Origin: Rhizobium sp.
GTDB lineage: Bacteria; Pseudomonadota; Alphaproteobacteria; Rhizobiales; Rhizobiaceae
Direction of reading: 5' to 3'
NCBI GenBank assembly: GCA_029865885.1
Contig: JARXAK010000217.1
Coordinates: forward strand, 515 to 64,514
Length of the DNA stretch: 64,000 nt
The position numbers and the translations under genes are program-made. Shown here piece by piece: positions 9,359 through 19,102 of the stretch (position 1 is the stretch's first letter; the number at the start of each line of letters is the position of its first letter). Below the pieces are notes generated by a model. The model did no database searches, had not been told where the DNA came from, and saw nothing but the letters and a program-made list of their open reading frames with translations.

Positions 9359-10651
9359 ATGCAGGTCAGGACAAATTCGAAAAACAGCGAACTGGTTGAG
9401 CGTGCGCGCCGCGTCATTCCCGGCGGCATGTATGGGCATGAATCGACGGTGCTTCTGCCGGCGGATTACCCGCAGTTCTTTGCGCGAGCCGAAGGCGCCC
9501 GCCTTTGGGATGTCGATGGCAACGAATATGTCGACTACATGTGTGCCTATGGCCCGAACCTGATGGGCTACAATCACGCCTCCATCGATGCGGCGGCGCG
9601 TGCGCAGCAGGCGCTTGGCGATACCCTGACGGGTCCGTCGGAAGTCATGGTGCGGCTGGCGGAAGATTTCGTCGGCATGGTTTCCCATGCGGACTGGGCC
9701 ATGTTCTGCAAGAACGGCAGCGATGCAACCTCCATGGCCATGGTGATGGCGCGCGCTTATCGCGGTCGCCGCAAGATCCTTGCCGCCAAGGGTGCCTATC
9801 ATGGTGCTTCGGTGTGGAATACGCCGGGCCAAGGCGGCATCCTGCCTGAGGATCGGGCGCATATCGTCTATTTCGACTACAACGACCTCGACAGCCTGAT
9901 GGATGCAGTGAAGGCCTGCGACGGCGATGTGGCCGGCATCTTCGCGACCCCCTTCCGTCATGAGGTCTTCGAGGACCAGTTCCTGCCTTCGGTGGACTAT
10001 GCCAAGGGCGTGCGCAAGATCTGCGATGATCTCGATGCCGTGCTGATCGTCGATGATGTGCGCGCCGGCTTCCGGCTGGCACGCGATTGCAGCTGGAGCC
10101 TGCTGGGTGTTGAGCCGGATCTCAGCGCCTGGGGCAAGGTGCTTGCCAACGGTTATCCGATCTCCGCCCTGCTCGGCTCTGACCGGATGCGCGATGCTGC
10201 CCGCTCCATCTTCGTCACCGGATCCTTCTGGTTCTCGGCGGTGCCGATGGCGGCGGCCATCGAGACGCTCCGGCTGGTGCGCGAAAGCGATTACCTCGAG
10301 CGCATGGTCGCGATTGCCGACCTGCTACGTGCCGGCATTGCCGAGCAGGCGTTGCGCCACGGCTTTGCGCTGCGTCAGACCGGCCCGTCTCAGATGCCGC
10401 AGATGCTGTTCGAGGACGATCCGGACATGCGCGTCGGCTATTGCTGGACGGCGGCTGCCGTGCGCCGCGGCGTCTACCTGCATCCCTATCACAACATGTT
10501 CGTCACCAGCGCGCTCACTCCGGCCGATATCGAAAAGACGCTGACAGTGACGGAGGAGGCCTTCGTGGAATTGCGACGCGAATACGCAACGCTTGCCCCG
10601 CAGTCCAACGAATACGTTGCCGCCCGCCTCAAGGCGAGGGCGGCCGCCTGA
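9359..10651 (+). CDS. class-III aminotransferase, FumI (aminopentol aminotransferase)-like
   Basis: RVIPGGMYGHEST, DYMCAYGPNL, WAMFCKNGSDATS, FATPFRHEVFEDQ, DDVRAGFR, WGK (PLP Lys), FVTGSFWFSAVPMAAAIETL and HPYHNMF match the remembered FumI sequence. Confidence 0.85.
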   Translation: MQVRTNSKNSELVERARRVIPGGMYGHESTVLLPADYPQFFARAEGARLWDVDGNEYVDYMCAYGPNLMGYNHASIDAAARAQQALGDTLTGPSEVMVRLAEDFVGMVSHADWAMFCKNGSDATSMAMVMARAYRGRRKILAAKGAYHGASVWNTPGQGGILPEDRAHIVYFDYNDLDSLMDAVKACDGDVAGIFATPFRHEVFEDQFLPSVDYAKGVRKICDDLDAVLIVDDVRAGFRLARDCSWSLLGVEPDLSAWGKVLANGYPISALLGSDRMRDAARSIFVTGSFWFSAVPMAAAIETLRLVRESDYLERMVAIADLLRAGIAEQALRHGFALRQTGPSQMPQMLFEDDPDMRVGYCWTAAAVRRGVYLHPYHNMFVTSALTPADIEKTLTVTEEAFVELRREYATLAPQSNEYVAARLKARAAA

Positions 10652-10694
10652 TCCTGCCTGCCTAAACCGCTCTGCCAAAAAAAAGGGGAACATC

Positions 10695-12305
10695 ATGGCA
10701 TACGCATTCCTGGCCCGTTCCGGGTCGCTTCTGAAGTCCGCAACGCTTGCGGTGGCGCTTCTGGCGTCTGCGGCGCCCATCGCCCATGCCGAGGGCGGCG
10801 AAACGCTGGTGATCGCCCGCTCCATGGACATCAACGCGCTCGATCCGGCCAGAGCCTTCTGCGACACCTGCCAAATCGTGCTGACCGCGCTTTATGACAC
10901 GATGGTCGGCCTTGCCCCTGACAACAAGACCATCGTTCCGAAGCTTGCCGCCTCCTGGGAGATCAATGCCGACCAGACGGTCTTCACCTTCAAGCTGGAT
11001 CCGAAGGCGACCTTCGCCGATGGGTCCAAGGTGGAGGCGAAGGACGTCAAGTGGACCTTCGAGCGGCTGAAGAACATCAAGGGCAGCCCTTCCTTCTTCA
11101 TGGATGGCGTTACCAGCGTGGAGACGCCGGATGAGGCGACCGTGGTGATCACGCTTGCCGCGTCCAATTCGGAATTCATCAACAAGCTCTCGGCCGGCTT
11201 CACCGGCATCATCAACAGCGATGTCGCAGCCGGTGCAGGTGCCACGGCGGCTGCTGATGCCGACAAGACCGACAAGGCCGAGACCTGGTTCCTGGAGCAT
11301 TCCGCCGGCGGCGGGCCGTTCACGCTCATATCCTATCGTCCCGACGATGAACTGCGCCTGGCACGCAACGATGCCTATTGGGGCAAGAAGCCCGAATTTG
11401 CCGAAGCCGTATTCCGGCAGACCCAGGATGCCGTGGCACAGGCGCAGCTTCTGCAGTCGGGCGGCGCGGACGTGGCCATGCAGGTGGACGTGGACACCGC
11501 CAAGTCCCTGACCGGCAGCGACGTGAAGACGGAAATCGTGCAGTCCTACAACTTCCTGTACATTGCGCTGGGTGTCGGCGCGAAATCCAACAAGGTGCCG
11601 CTCACCCCGGATGTGCGCCGCGCCATCGCGCTTGCCATTGATTACGAAGGCATGATCGATTTCACCGTGGGCGGCGCCGGCAAGCCGCAATCGTCTCCGA
11701 TCCCCAACGGCTTTCCCGGCACCGAAGGCCTGCCGGAGCGCAGCCGCGACCTGGCCGAAGCCAAGGTGCTGCTGGAGAAGGCTGGCGTCGCGGAAGGCTT
11801 CGAGATCGAGGCCGTCTATCCCAACGACAATGTCTATGGCGTCGACATCAATCTGATGATGCAGAAGGTGCAGCAGGACCTCGCCGAAGTCGGCATCAAT
11901 GTCACGCTGACGCCTGCGACCTATCCCGTCTGGCGCGATCAGATCAACGGTGTCGGCATTCCCATGACCGCCGTCTACTACGCGCCCGACTATTATGGTT
12001 CTGGCCAGTATGTCGATTATTTCGGCATGATGCCGGGCACGGCCTGGGCCAAGCGCGCCGGAGCTGAAAGCGAACCGTCGGTCATCAATCCGAAGGAAAC
12101 CGAGCTTCTGAAGCAGGCGCTCGCCTCCGGTGGGGCCGAGCAGGAAAAGAGCTTCCATGCGCTGGGGCTGGAGATGATGAACGACAACATCATCATTCCG
12201 CTGGTCAGCCCGAACATGGTTCTTGCCTATCGCAGCGATCTCGAGGGCGTTCGCTACAGCGCCTGCTGCAACCTGCCGCTCTCCGAAATCAGCCGGAAGA
12301 AGTGA
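10695..12305 (+). CDS. ABC transporter substrate-binding protein, family 5 (OppA/DppA-like)
   Basis: Signal peptide; PKLAASWEINADQTVFTFKL..ATFADGS..AKDVKWTFER motif. Confidence 0.92.
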   Translation: MAYAFLARSGSLLKSATLAVALLASAAPIAHAEGGETLVIARSMDINALDPARAFCDTCQIVLTALYDTMVGLAPDNKTIVPKLAASWEINADQTVFTFKLDPKATFADGSKVEAKDVKWTFERLKNIKGSPSFFMDGVTSVETPDEATVVITLAASNSEFINKLSAGFTGIINSDVAAGAGATAAADADKTDKAETWFLEHSAGGGPFTLISYRPDDELRLARNDAYWGKKPEFAEAVFRQTQDAVAQAQLLQSGGADVAMQVDVDTAKSLTGSDVKTEIVQSYNFLYIALGVGAKSNKVPLTPDVRRAIALAIDYEGMIDFTVGGAGKPQSSPIPNGFPGTEGLPERSRDLAEAKVLLEKAGVAEGFEIEAVYPNDNVYGVDINLMMQKVQQDLAEVGINVTLTPATYPVWRDQINGVGIPMTAVYYAPDYYGSGQYVDYFGMMPGTAWAKRAGAESEPSVINPKETELLKQALASGGAEQEKSFHALGLEMMNDNIIIPLVSPNMVLAYRSDLEGVRYSACCNLPLSEISRKK

Positions 12306-12306
12306 C

Positions 12307-13320
12307 ATGCTGCGCTTCGTCCTTCGCCGTCTCCTCGCCACCCCCCTTCTGCTTCTGGGGGTGGCAACGGTCGCCTTCTTCCTGTCGCAGATGACCAAGG
12401 GCGATCCGCTTTCCGCCATCGTGCCCGAGCGGCAGATGAACAACCCGGAGATCGTTGCGGCGGCCAAGGAGAAGTGGGGGCTCGATAAGAGCCTCATCGA
12501 ACGCTACGGCCTCTATATCGGCAATCTGGTGCAGGGCGATCTCGGCGTGTCCTTCAATACCCGCCGTGCCGTGAGCGATGATCTTGGCGAGCGCCTGCCC
12601 GCCACGCTCGAACTCGTCATGACGGCCATGCTGATCGCATCGGCCGTCGGCATCACGCTCGGCGTCCTGTCGGCCCGCTACCGCGACCGATCGGTCGATT
12701 ATGTCTCCCGCCTGTTTGCCCTCATGGGCTCGTCACTGCCGGTATTCTGGTCGGGACTGCTGCTGCTCTTCCTGTTTTCGGTGCAGCTCGGCTGGGTGCC
12801 GGGGCCGGGCCGGCTGGATGCGCGGAGCATTGCGCCGCCTTCGGTTACCGGCTTCTACACCGTGGATTCCCTGCTCAGCGGCAATATCCCGCTGTTCGTG
12901 GAAAGCCTCCATCACCTGCTGCTTCCCTCCATTGTTCTCGCCTGGTCGGTCATCGGCGTGATCACCCGGCTGGTCCGCTCCAGCCTGCTGGAGGTCCTGG
13001 GCCAGGACTATGTGCGCACCGCCCGCGCCAAGGGCGCAGGTGAAGGCCGAGTGATGCTGAACCATGCCCTGCGCAATGCGCTCATCCCGACACTGACGAT
13101 CATCGGCTTCTCCTTCGCCTATCTCATCACCGGTGCGGTGCTCACGGAGGCGGTCTTCTCCTGGCCGGGTATCGGTTCCTATGCGGTCAGTGCGGCCCGC
13201 TCGCTTGATCTGCCGGGCATCATCGGTGTGACGCTCGTCGGCTCGCTCGCCTTCCTTGTGGCAAACCTCCTGACAGACATCGCCTATGCGTTCGCCAATC
13301 CCCGCGTCAAACTGCAATAG
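12307..13320 (+). CDS. ABC transporter permease (DppB-like)
   Basis: EAA loop DYVRTARAKG..HALRNAL; multiple TM segments. Confidence 0.93.
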   Translation: MLRFVLRRLLATPLLLLGVATVAFFLSQMTKGDPLSAIVPERQMNNPEIVAAAKEKWGLDKSLIERYGLYIGNLVQGDLGVSFNTRRAVSDDLGERLPATLELVMTAMLIASAVGITLGVLSARYRDRSVDYVSRLFALMGSSLPVFWSGLLLLFLFSVQLGWVPGPGRLDARSIAPPSVTGFYTVDSLLSGNIPLFVESLHHLLLPSIVLAWSVIGVITRLVRSSLLEVLGQDYVRTARAKGAGEGRVMLNHALRNALIPTLTIIGFSFAYLITGAVLTEAVFSWPGIGSYAVSAARSLDLPGIIGVTLVGSLAFLVANLLTDIAYAFANPRVKLQ

Positions 13321-13330
13321 GGCCAGACCG

Positions 13331-14212
13331 ATGACCGCAAGCGTTTCCTCTCCCGCCGTGTCGCTGCCTGCCAATGTCGCAAGGTCTGGGCTCTCCTTCG
13401 GGCGCCGGTTGCGTCAGGTGCCTCTGCCAGTGCTGGTCGGCGGTTCCGTCGTGCTGTTCTGGATCATCACGGCGCTGACCGTGAGTTTCTGGGGCCTGCC
13501 CGATCCGATCCAGATCGCCGGCAAACGCCTGCAGGCGCCGAGCCTCTCCCACTGGCTGGGCACCGATGCGCTGGGTCGCGACGTTCTTTCACGCACGCTC
13601 TATGGCGCCGTCTATTCGGTGCCGATCGCCATCGGCGTCGTGGCCGCCGGGGTCTTCATCGGCGCAACGCTTGGTGCCATTGCCGGTTATGTCGGCGGCG
13701 TGGTGGACGGCATCATCATGCGGCTGGTGGATGTGACGCTTGCATTCCCACCCATCCTGCTGGCCATGACGATTTCCGCGACGCTTGGTCCCGGCCTCGT
13801 GAATGCCGCCATCGCCATGGTCATCGTCTGGTGGCCGATCTATGCGCGTCTGATGCGCGCCCAGGTGCTGGAGGTGAAGGAGCGCGAGCATGTGGAGGCA
13901 GCGATTGCCGGCGGTGCGGGCCATATCCGCGTGCTCGGGATCCACATCCTGCCGCTCTGTTGGACACCGATCCTCATCAACGCCACCATGGATTTCGGCC
14001 AGGTGGTTCTGCTTGCCGCCTCGCTCAGCTTCATCGGCCTTGGTGCCTCGCCGCCGACGCCCGAATGGGGATCGATGATCTCGGAAGGGGCGGCGCGTTT
14101 CTACAGCTGGTGGGTCGCCTTCGGCCCCGGCATGGCCATCCTGACGCTGGTTCTCGGCTTCAGCTTCCTGGGAGACGGTCTGCGCGACATGCTGGACCCG
14201 CGTTCGAAATGA
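13331..14212 (+). CDS. ABC transporter permease (DppC-like)
   Basis: HWLGTDALGRDVLSR, EHVEAAIAGG and PTPEWG motifs. Confidence 0.93.
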   Translation: MTASVSSPAVSLPANVARSGLSFGRRLRQVPLPVLVGGSVVLFWIITALTVSFWGLPDPIQIAGKRLQAPSLSHWLGTDALGRDVLSRTLYGAVYSVPIAIGVVAAGVFIGATLGAIAGYVGGVVDGIIMRLVDVTLAFPPILLAMTISATLGPGLVNAAIAMVIVWWPIYARLMRAQVLEVKEREHVEAAIAGGAGHIRVLGIHILPLCWTPILINATMDFGQVVLLAASLSFIGLGASPPTPEWGSMISEGAARFYSWWVAFGPGMAILTLVLGFSFLGDGLRDMLDPRSK

Positions 14213-15246
14213 GGCACGAGACCATGACGAGAACCGAAACGGCGGCCCCGGGCATCGCAACACAGACCGCCCCTTTGCTGGACGTGCGCGACCTCAAGGT
14301 CACTTTCAATTCCCGGGATGGGGCAGCCGATGCCATTTGTGGCATCGACCTTTCCGTCGGGGCGGGCGAGGTGCTCGGCATCGTCGGTGAATCCGGCTCC
14401 GGCAAGAGCGTGACGATGATGGCGCTGATGCAGCTTCTGCCGGCCTCGGCTGACATTACCGGCAGTGCCAGGTTTCGCGGGCAGGAGCTTGTGGGCGCGA
14501 CATCCTCCACCATGCGCCAGTTGCGCGGCGCGCGCATCGGCATGATCTTCCAGGATCCGCTCACCGCCTTCAATCCGGTGCTGACGGTCGGCGCACAGAT
14601 CGTCGAGGCGCTGCGCCTGCATGAGAAGGACCTGTCGAAGAAGGCGGCCTGGGAACGGGCGGTGGAGCTGCTGGCGGAGGTTTCCATTCCCCAGCCGGAC
14701 CGGCGCGCCGCCCAGTACCCGCACGAATTCTCCGGCGGCATGCGCCAGCGCGCCATGATTGCCATGGCAATTGCCAATCGGCCCGATCTTCTGATCGCCG
14801 ATGAGCCGACCACGGCGCTTGACGTGACGGTGCAGGCGCAGATCATGGATCTGCTCAACCGGTTGCGCGAGGAACGCAATATCGGCCTCATCCTCATCAC
14901 CCACGATCTGGGCGTCGTGGCCGGTGCCGCAGACCGCATTGCCGTCATGTATAGCGGTCGCATCGTTGAACAGGGCAGTGTCGACGAGGTCTTCTACAAT
15001 CCGCGGCATCCTTATACGCGCGGCCTCCTGGCGGCTCTGCCGAAGATCGACGGGGAGGCGGGGCCGCTGGTCGCCATCGAGGGCACGCCACCATCGCTGC
15101 GCAACCGACCGGCGGGCTGCGCCTTTCGCCCGCGCTGCAGTGTGTCCGTCGAGCGCTGCTCCACCTCGGTTCCTGCGCTTCTGTCCCTGAACGGCGTCGA
15201 AACTGCCTGCCACCGTTCCGAAGAGCTTCAAAGGATCAGCGCATGA
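14209..15246 (+). CDS. ABC transporter ATP-binding protein (DppD-like)
   Basis: [28 protein letters not shown]; ATGA overlap with the upstream gene. Confidence 0.95.
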   Translation: MRHETMTRTETAAPGIATQTAPLLDVRDLKVTFNSRDGAADAICGIDLSVGAGEVLGIVGESGSGKSVTMMALMQLLPASADITGSARFRGQELVGATSSTMRQLRGARIGMIFQDPLTAFNPVLTVGAQIVEALRLHEKDLSKKAAWERAVELLAEVSIPQPDRRAAQYPHEFSGGMRQRAMIAMAIANRPDLLIADEPTTALDVTVQAQIMDLLNRLREERNIGLILITHDLGVVAGAADRIAVMYSGRIVEQGSVDEVFYNPRHPYTRGLLAALPKIDGEAGPLVAIEGTPPSLRNRPAGCAFRPRCSVSVERCSTSVPALLSLNGVETACHRSEELQRISA

Positions 15247-16244
15247 CCGATCTTCAAACCGCTGCTGCGCCTGTTCTGGAAGTGCATGGACTGGTGAAGG
15301 ATTTCCCGGTCGGGCGTGGCTTGATCTTCAACAAGCCGACCGGCCATGTGCGTGCCGTCACCGGCGTCTCCTTCAAGCTGGGAGCCGGGGAAACCTTGGG
15401 GCTGGTGGGGGAATCCGGCTGTGGAAAATCCACCCTCGGCCGCTGCATCATGCGCCTGCTGACCCCAACCGCTGGTGAGGTCCGGGTGTCCGGGCGCGAT
15501 ATCGCCTCGGCCTCGGCGTCAGAACTGCGTTTGATGCGCAAGGATCTGCAAATCGTTTTTCAGGACCCGCTCGCGTCGCTCCATCCGCGCATGCGGGTGC
15601 GCCGCATCATTGAGGAATCGCTGCGGCTTGCGAAACTTTCGCCTGCGGCGGTGCAGACGCGCGTCGATGAACTTCTCTCTCTCGTCCAGCTTTCGCCGGA
15701 AATGGCCGATCGGTTCCCACACGAGCTTTCGGGCGGACAGCGGCAGCGGGTGGGCATTGCCCGGGCGCTGGCCCTGGAGCCGAAGGTGATCGTGCTCGAC
15801 GAGCCGGTATCGGCGCTCGACGTGTCGGTGCAGGCGGGCGTCCTCAACCTTCTGCAGGATCTGCAGAACCGCCTTGGCATCTCCTACCTGTTCATCGCGC
15901 ATGATCTGGCCGTGGTGCGCCACATCTCCCACCGGGTGGCGGTGATGTATCTCGGCGGCATCGTGGAAATTGCCCGTGCCGAGGATCTCTACGCCAATCC
16001 GCAGCATCCCTACACGCAGGCGCTGATGTCTGCCGTGCCGCTGCCGGACCCGAGAGCCGAGAAAGCCCGCAGCCGCATCGTGCTGAAGGGCGATGTGCCA
16101 AGCCCGATGAACCCGCCCAGCGGCTGTCGCTTCCGCACCCGTTGCTGGAAGGCAACGGAAGTCTGCGAACGGCTGGAGCCGGCGCTGCGCCAGATGGCCG
16201 ACGGCCAGTTTGCCGCTTGCCATTTCCCGCAGAACGAGGTCTGA
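15243..16244 (+). CDS. ABC transporter ATP-binding protein (DppF-like)
   Basis: [35 protein letters not shown]. Confidence 0.95.
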   Translation: MTDLQTAAAPVLEVHGLVKDFPVGRGLIFNKPTGHVRAVTGVSFKLGAGETLGLVGESGCGKSTLGRCIMRLLTPTAGEVRVSGRDIASASASELRLMRKDLQIVFQDPLASLHPRMRVRRIIEESLRLAKLSPAAVQTRVDELLSLVQLSPEMADRFPHELSGGQRQRVGIARALALEPKVIVLDEPVSALDVSVQAGVLNLLQDLQNRLGISYLFIAHDLAVVRHISHRVAVMYLGGIVEIARAEDLYANPQHPYTQALMSAVPLPDPRAEKARSRIVLKGDVPSPMNPPSGCRFRTRCWKATEVCERLEPALRQMADGQFAACHFPQNEV

Positions 16245-16291
16245 AGCCGCCTGCTGGTTTCTTCCATTTTTGACAGAATCGATTTCCCGCC

Positions 16292-17176
16292 ATGCGTCGC
16301 AAAGACCTTTGCCTGCTGATGTTCGTCTGCTTCATCTGGGCGCTGAACGTCGTCGTCGGCAAGCTTGTGCTGTCGGGCATGCATGTGCCGCCCTTCTATT
16401 ATGCCGGCATCCGTTTCGTGCTGGTGGCGCTGGTTCTGTCGCCGCTGCTGTGGCCCCTGCCGCGACCATTCGGCCCGATCGTCGCGATCGGCTTCCTGAT
16501 GGGGGCTGCCCATTTTGGCCTGCTGTTTCTTGGTCTCACCGCATCGACCCCGTCGAGCGCTGCCATCGTGTTGCAGCTCGGTATTCCTCTCACCACGCTT
16601 CTGTCGGTCCTGTTCCTGGGAGAGCGCATGTCGCTGATGCGGGTGGTCGGCATGCTGGTGGCGCTGTTGGGTGTTCTCGTCGTCATCTGGAACCCGGCCG
16701 AAGCCCGCTTTTCCATCGGTCTGATCGCGGTTGCCGGGTCTGCGGCAGCGCTTGCCTGCGGCTCCATCCTCCTGAAGCGGTTCGGGCCGATCAAGCCGCT
16801 GCGCCTGCAGGCTTGGGTCAGTTGCGTGTCTGCACTGCCGCTGGCCATCGCCTCGGCGCTTCTGGAACAGCAGCAATGGACCGCTTCGCTGGCCGGTGGC
16901 TGGGCGTTTTGGGCGGCCCTTGCCTTTTCCGTGCTGGTGGTGACGATCTGGGCGCACACGGCCTATTTTTCGATCCTGCAGCGTTACGAGGCCAACCTCA
17001 TCGTGCCGCTGACGCTGGCCATGCCGATCATGACGATGTTTCTCGGCCTGACGATCACCGGCGACCACTTTGACATGCGCACGTTGATCGGCACGGCAGG
17101 GGCCCTTGTCGGCGTAGCCATCGTTCTGAGAGCTCCACCTGGAGCTCCGACCAAGACCGCCGCAGCGGCAGACTAA
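16292..17176 (+). CDS. EamA/DMT-family transporter
   Basis: About 10 TM segments in two EamA repeats (FIWALNVVVGK..IRF; LFLGER). Confidence 0.88.
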   Translation: MRRKDLCLLMFVCFIWALNVVVGKLVLSGMHVPPFYYAGIRFVLVALVLSPLLWPLPRPFGPIVAIGFLMGAAHFGLLFLGLTASTPSSAAIVLQLGIPLTTLLSVLFLGERMSLMRVVGMLVALLGVLVVIWNPAEARFSIGLIAVAGSAAALACGSILLKRFGPIKPLRLQAWVSCVSALPLAIASALLEQQQWTASLAGGWAFWAALAFSVLVVTIWAHTAYFSILQRYEANLIVPLTLAMPIMTMFLGLTITGDHFDMRTLIGTAGALVGVAIVLRAPPGAPTKTAAAAD

Positions 17177-17418
17177 GCCTTGATTTCCAACACCTCAATA
17201 TCGGCAAATCTCACATCAAGATTGCCAACTATTGCTTTGTTGATGACGGGTCGCGCAGTATCGAAAAACAATCCGCACGGCGGGTTGGAACGCCGCCTTT
17301 GATCAGAAGTTGAGCGGCATGATGAGGGGCTATCGCCTTGTCTCCGCCAAGGGTATCTCCGATGCGGAAGTCTTGCACTTAGTTTACGTTCAGTTCAAAC
17401 GGTTCCACTTACTTTGCG

Positions 17419-17643
17419 ATGCCAATCGCCACTTGGCCACTGTGCCAACGGCGTGACGACATTTCACTGCTCGTCGACCATTTCTTGCATCTTTCTGGCG
17501 AGCGCTATCGCCGTGTTGCGGATGGTCCCAAGCCATGGCGCACCATGGATGCGCTTCTCGCCTATGCCTTCCGGACAATACCCGAATTGCAGAAACTGGT
17601 AGAGTTGGATGTGCCGTTCCACCGATTTTGGCGTACGGATTGA
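17419..17643 (+). pseudogene. remnant of a sigma54-dependent activator AAA+ domain
   Basis: PLCQRRDDISLLVDHFL...ALLAYAF.TIPELQKLVE is a degenerate PLRER.EDI..L..HFL / L..Y.WPGNIREL.N.VE. Confidence 0.6.
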
Positions 17644-17981
17644 CGTGCACTCCTGCTAACGGCCGCAGAAGTCTCTGGATCGTGTCCCGCCGGGTGGTGT
17701 CCTCAGGTTGGCTTTAAGCAACCCGACCCTACCGGAAAACACTGGTGACCACCGCTACGCCGCCCGCTCCCTGCAGCACATTGGAGGGTGCGCTCGCGAG
17801 CGGCTTGGTTATCACCTAACTACATAACTCGGCAGGACACGATCCAAGCCTCTCATGCCCACACGCTATGACCGCTCAGCGCCTCGAACAGCAATCGCGT
17901 CCAGAGGCGCATTGTTGTCAACTTGGAAGGACAACAACGACTACTCCCTGCGGCACGACGGTTTAGAGCAATCGAACCTGT

Positions 17982-18974
17982 TCAAGACCGAGAATTAGCA
18001 TCACTGCTCCGGTAGCGGCTGGGCAGCACACCCTTTGCTTCACGGAACGCCTTGCTGAAATGGCTCAGATTATCGAAGCCAACGGCATAGGCCGCTTCGG
18101 TGACGCTTGAGCCTGCGGAAAGAAGCGTTGCGGCGACATCAAGCCGTGTCGCCCGTAGATGGGCATGGACCGACGTGCCGATTGCCAGGCGAAATCCTTC
18201 CTTGAGGCGGCGCTCATTGAGGCCGACCTCGCGGGCCAGCCGAGCGATGGTCCAGTCGGCGCTATAATGCTGTTCGATCAGCGTCATGGCCGCACGAAGC
18301 CGCTTCAGTTCCTCTCCCGTCAGGGGTTTGAGCGGCGAACCATCGGACTGGCGGGTCACGGCATCAAGGCCGATACTGACGGCCTGGATAGCCTTGCCAT
18401 AGAGATAGGCGCGGCGCGCCAGACCTGCGCCGAAGCGGCATTGCAGAACATCGGCGGCGACGGTCAGCAGTTCGGCAGGCGCCTTGAAGCCGACCAGGAA
18501 AATATCCTGATCCGGCAGGCTGTGCTCTGTCATCACGGCACCGCCAAGGCGCGCGAGCGAAATGCCGCCCAGTGTTTTGAGCAGCGGTTTTTCCAGGCGG
18601 ATATCCACGATGCTCAGGCGCTGGCCGGCATCGACATGATTTTCGCCACGGGTAACCCGGTCGCAGGCGAAGAAAACGGCAGTTCCAGGCTGCACGCTCA
18701 GCGGTTTGGCCCCATCGACTGACAAGGTTCCCGCACCGTCGAGAAAGACGGAAAGGGAAAAGGTCGCGGGGCCTTCTGGCCGGAAAACCAGATCTTCAGG
18801 CGGTGTCACGTCGATCGTGTAGATGGTCACGTCGTCGCCGGGCTGCTCGATCCGCGTCGCCTCCCGCCAGCCAAGCTGGTTGATCTCCGCATCGACGCAT
18901 GTCTTCCAGCTGTTCGGGTTCTGCATCGCAACGGCATCTGCCGTTTCCTTCATCGAAGTCTCGATGCCGCTCAT
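17982..18974 (-). CDS. AraC-family regulator (PchR/YbtA-like)
   Basis: C-terminal double HTH (LAREVGLNERRLKEGF..SVTEAAYAVGFDNLSHFSKAF); divergent from the TonB receptor. Confidence 0.9.
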   Translation of the reverse strand: MSGIETSMKETADAVAMQNPNSWKTCVDAEINQLGWREATRIEQPGDDVTIYTIDVTPPEDLVFRPEGPATFSLSVFLDGAGTLSVDGAKPLSVQPGTAVFFACDRVTRGENHVDAGQRLSIVDIRLEKPLLKTLGGISLARLGGAVMTEHSLPDQDIFLVGFKAPAELLTVAADVLQCRFGAGLARRAYLYGKAIQAVSIGLDAVTRQSDGSPLKPLTGEELKRLRAAMTLIEQHYSADWTIARLAREVGLNERRLKEGFRLAIGTSVHAHLRATRLDVAATLLSAGSSVTEAAYAVGFDNLSHFSKAFREAKGVLPSRYRSSDANSRS

Positions 18975-19002
18975 GCGCTTGTCCTTTGCGTGGCCGCTTT
19001 TA

Positions 19003-19036
19003 GTCCGGATTCCGTCAATTCGTGTCCGGAAAACGT
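19003..19036 (+). promoter_or_regulatory. direct repeat GTCCGGA-N3-CGT x2 with 21-bp period, candidate AraC site
   Basis: GTCCGGATTCCGT at 19003 and GTCCGGAAAACGT at 19024; two-helical-turn spacing typical of AraC tandem sites. Confidence 0.5.
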
Positions 19037-19053
19037 TAGCCTTTGCATTTGTT

Positions 19054-19076
19054 AACTGGAATACGGAGATCAAGTT
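19054..19076. promoter_or_regulatory. candidate RirA iron-responsive operator AACTGGA-N9-TCAAGTT
   Basis: One mismatch from a perfect palindrome around TGA-N9-TCA, just upstream of a siderophore receptor. Confidence 0.5.
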
Positions 19077-19102
19077 TATTTCGCAGGCATTGGGGATTCA
19101 AT

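Noticed and set aside
9359-10651. Annotation as hemL (glutamate-1-semialdehyde aminomutase)
   Set aside because: Has IPGGMYGH instead of the HemL PGGVNSP and lacks heme-pathway context; fits the FumI type
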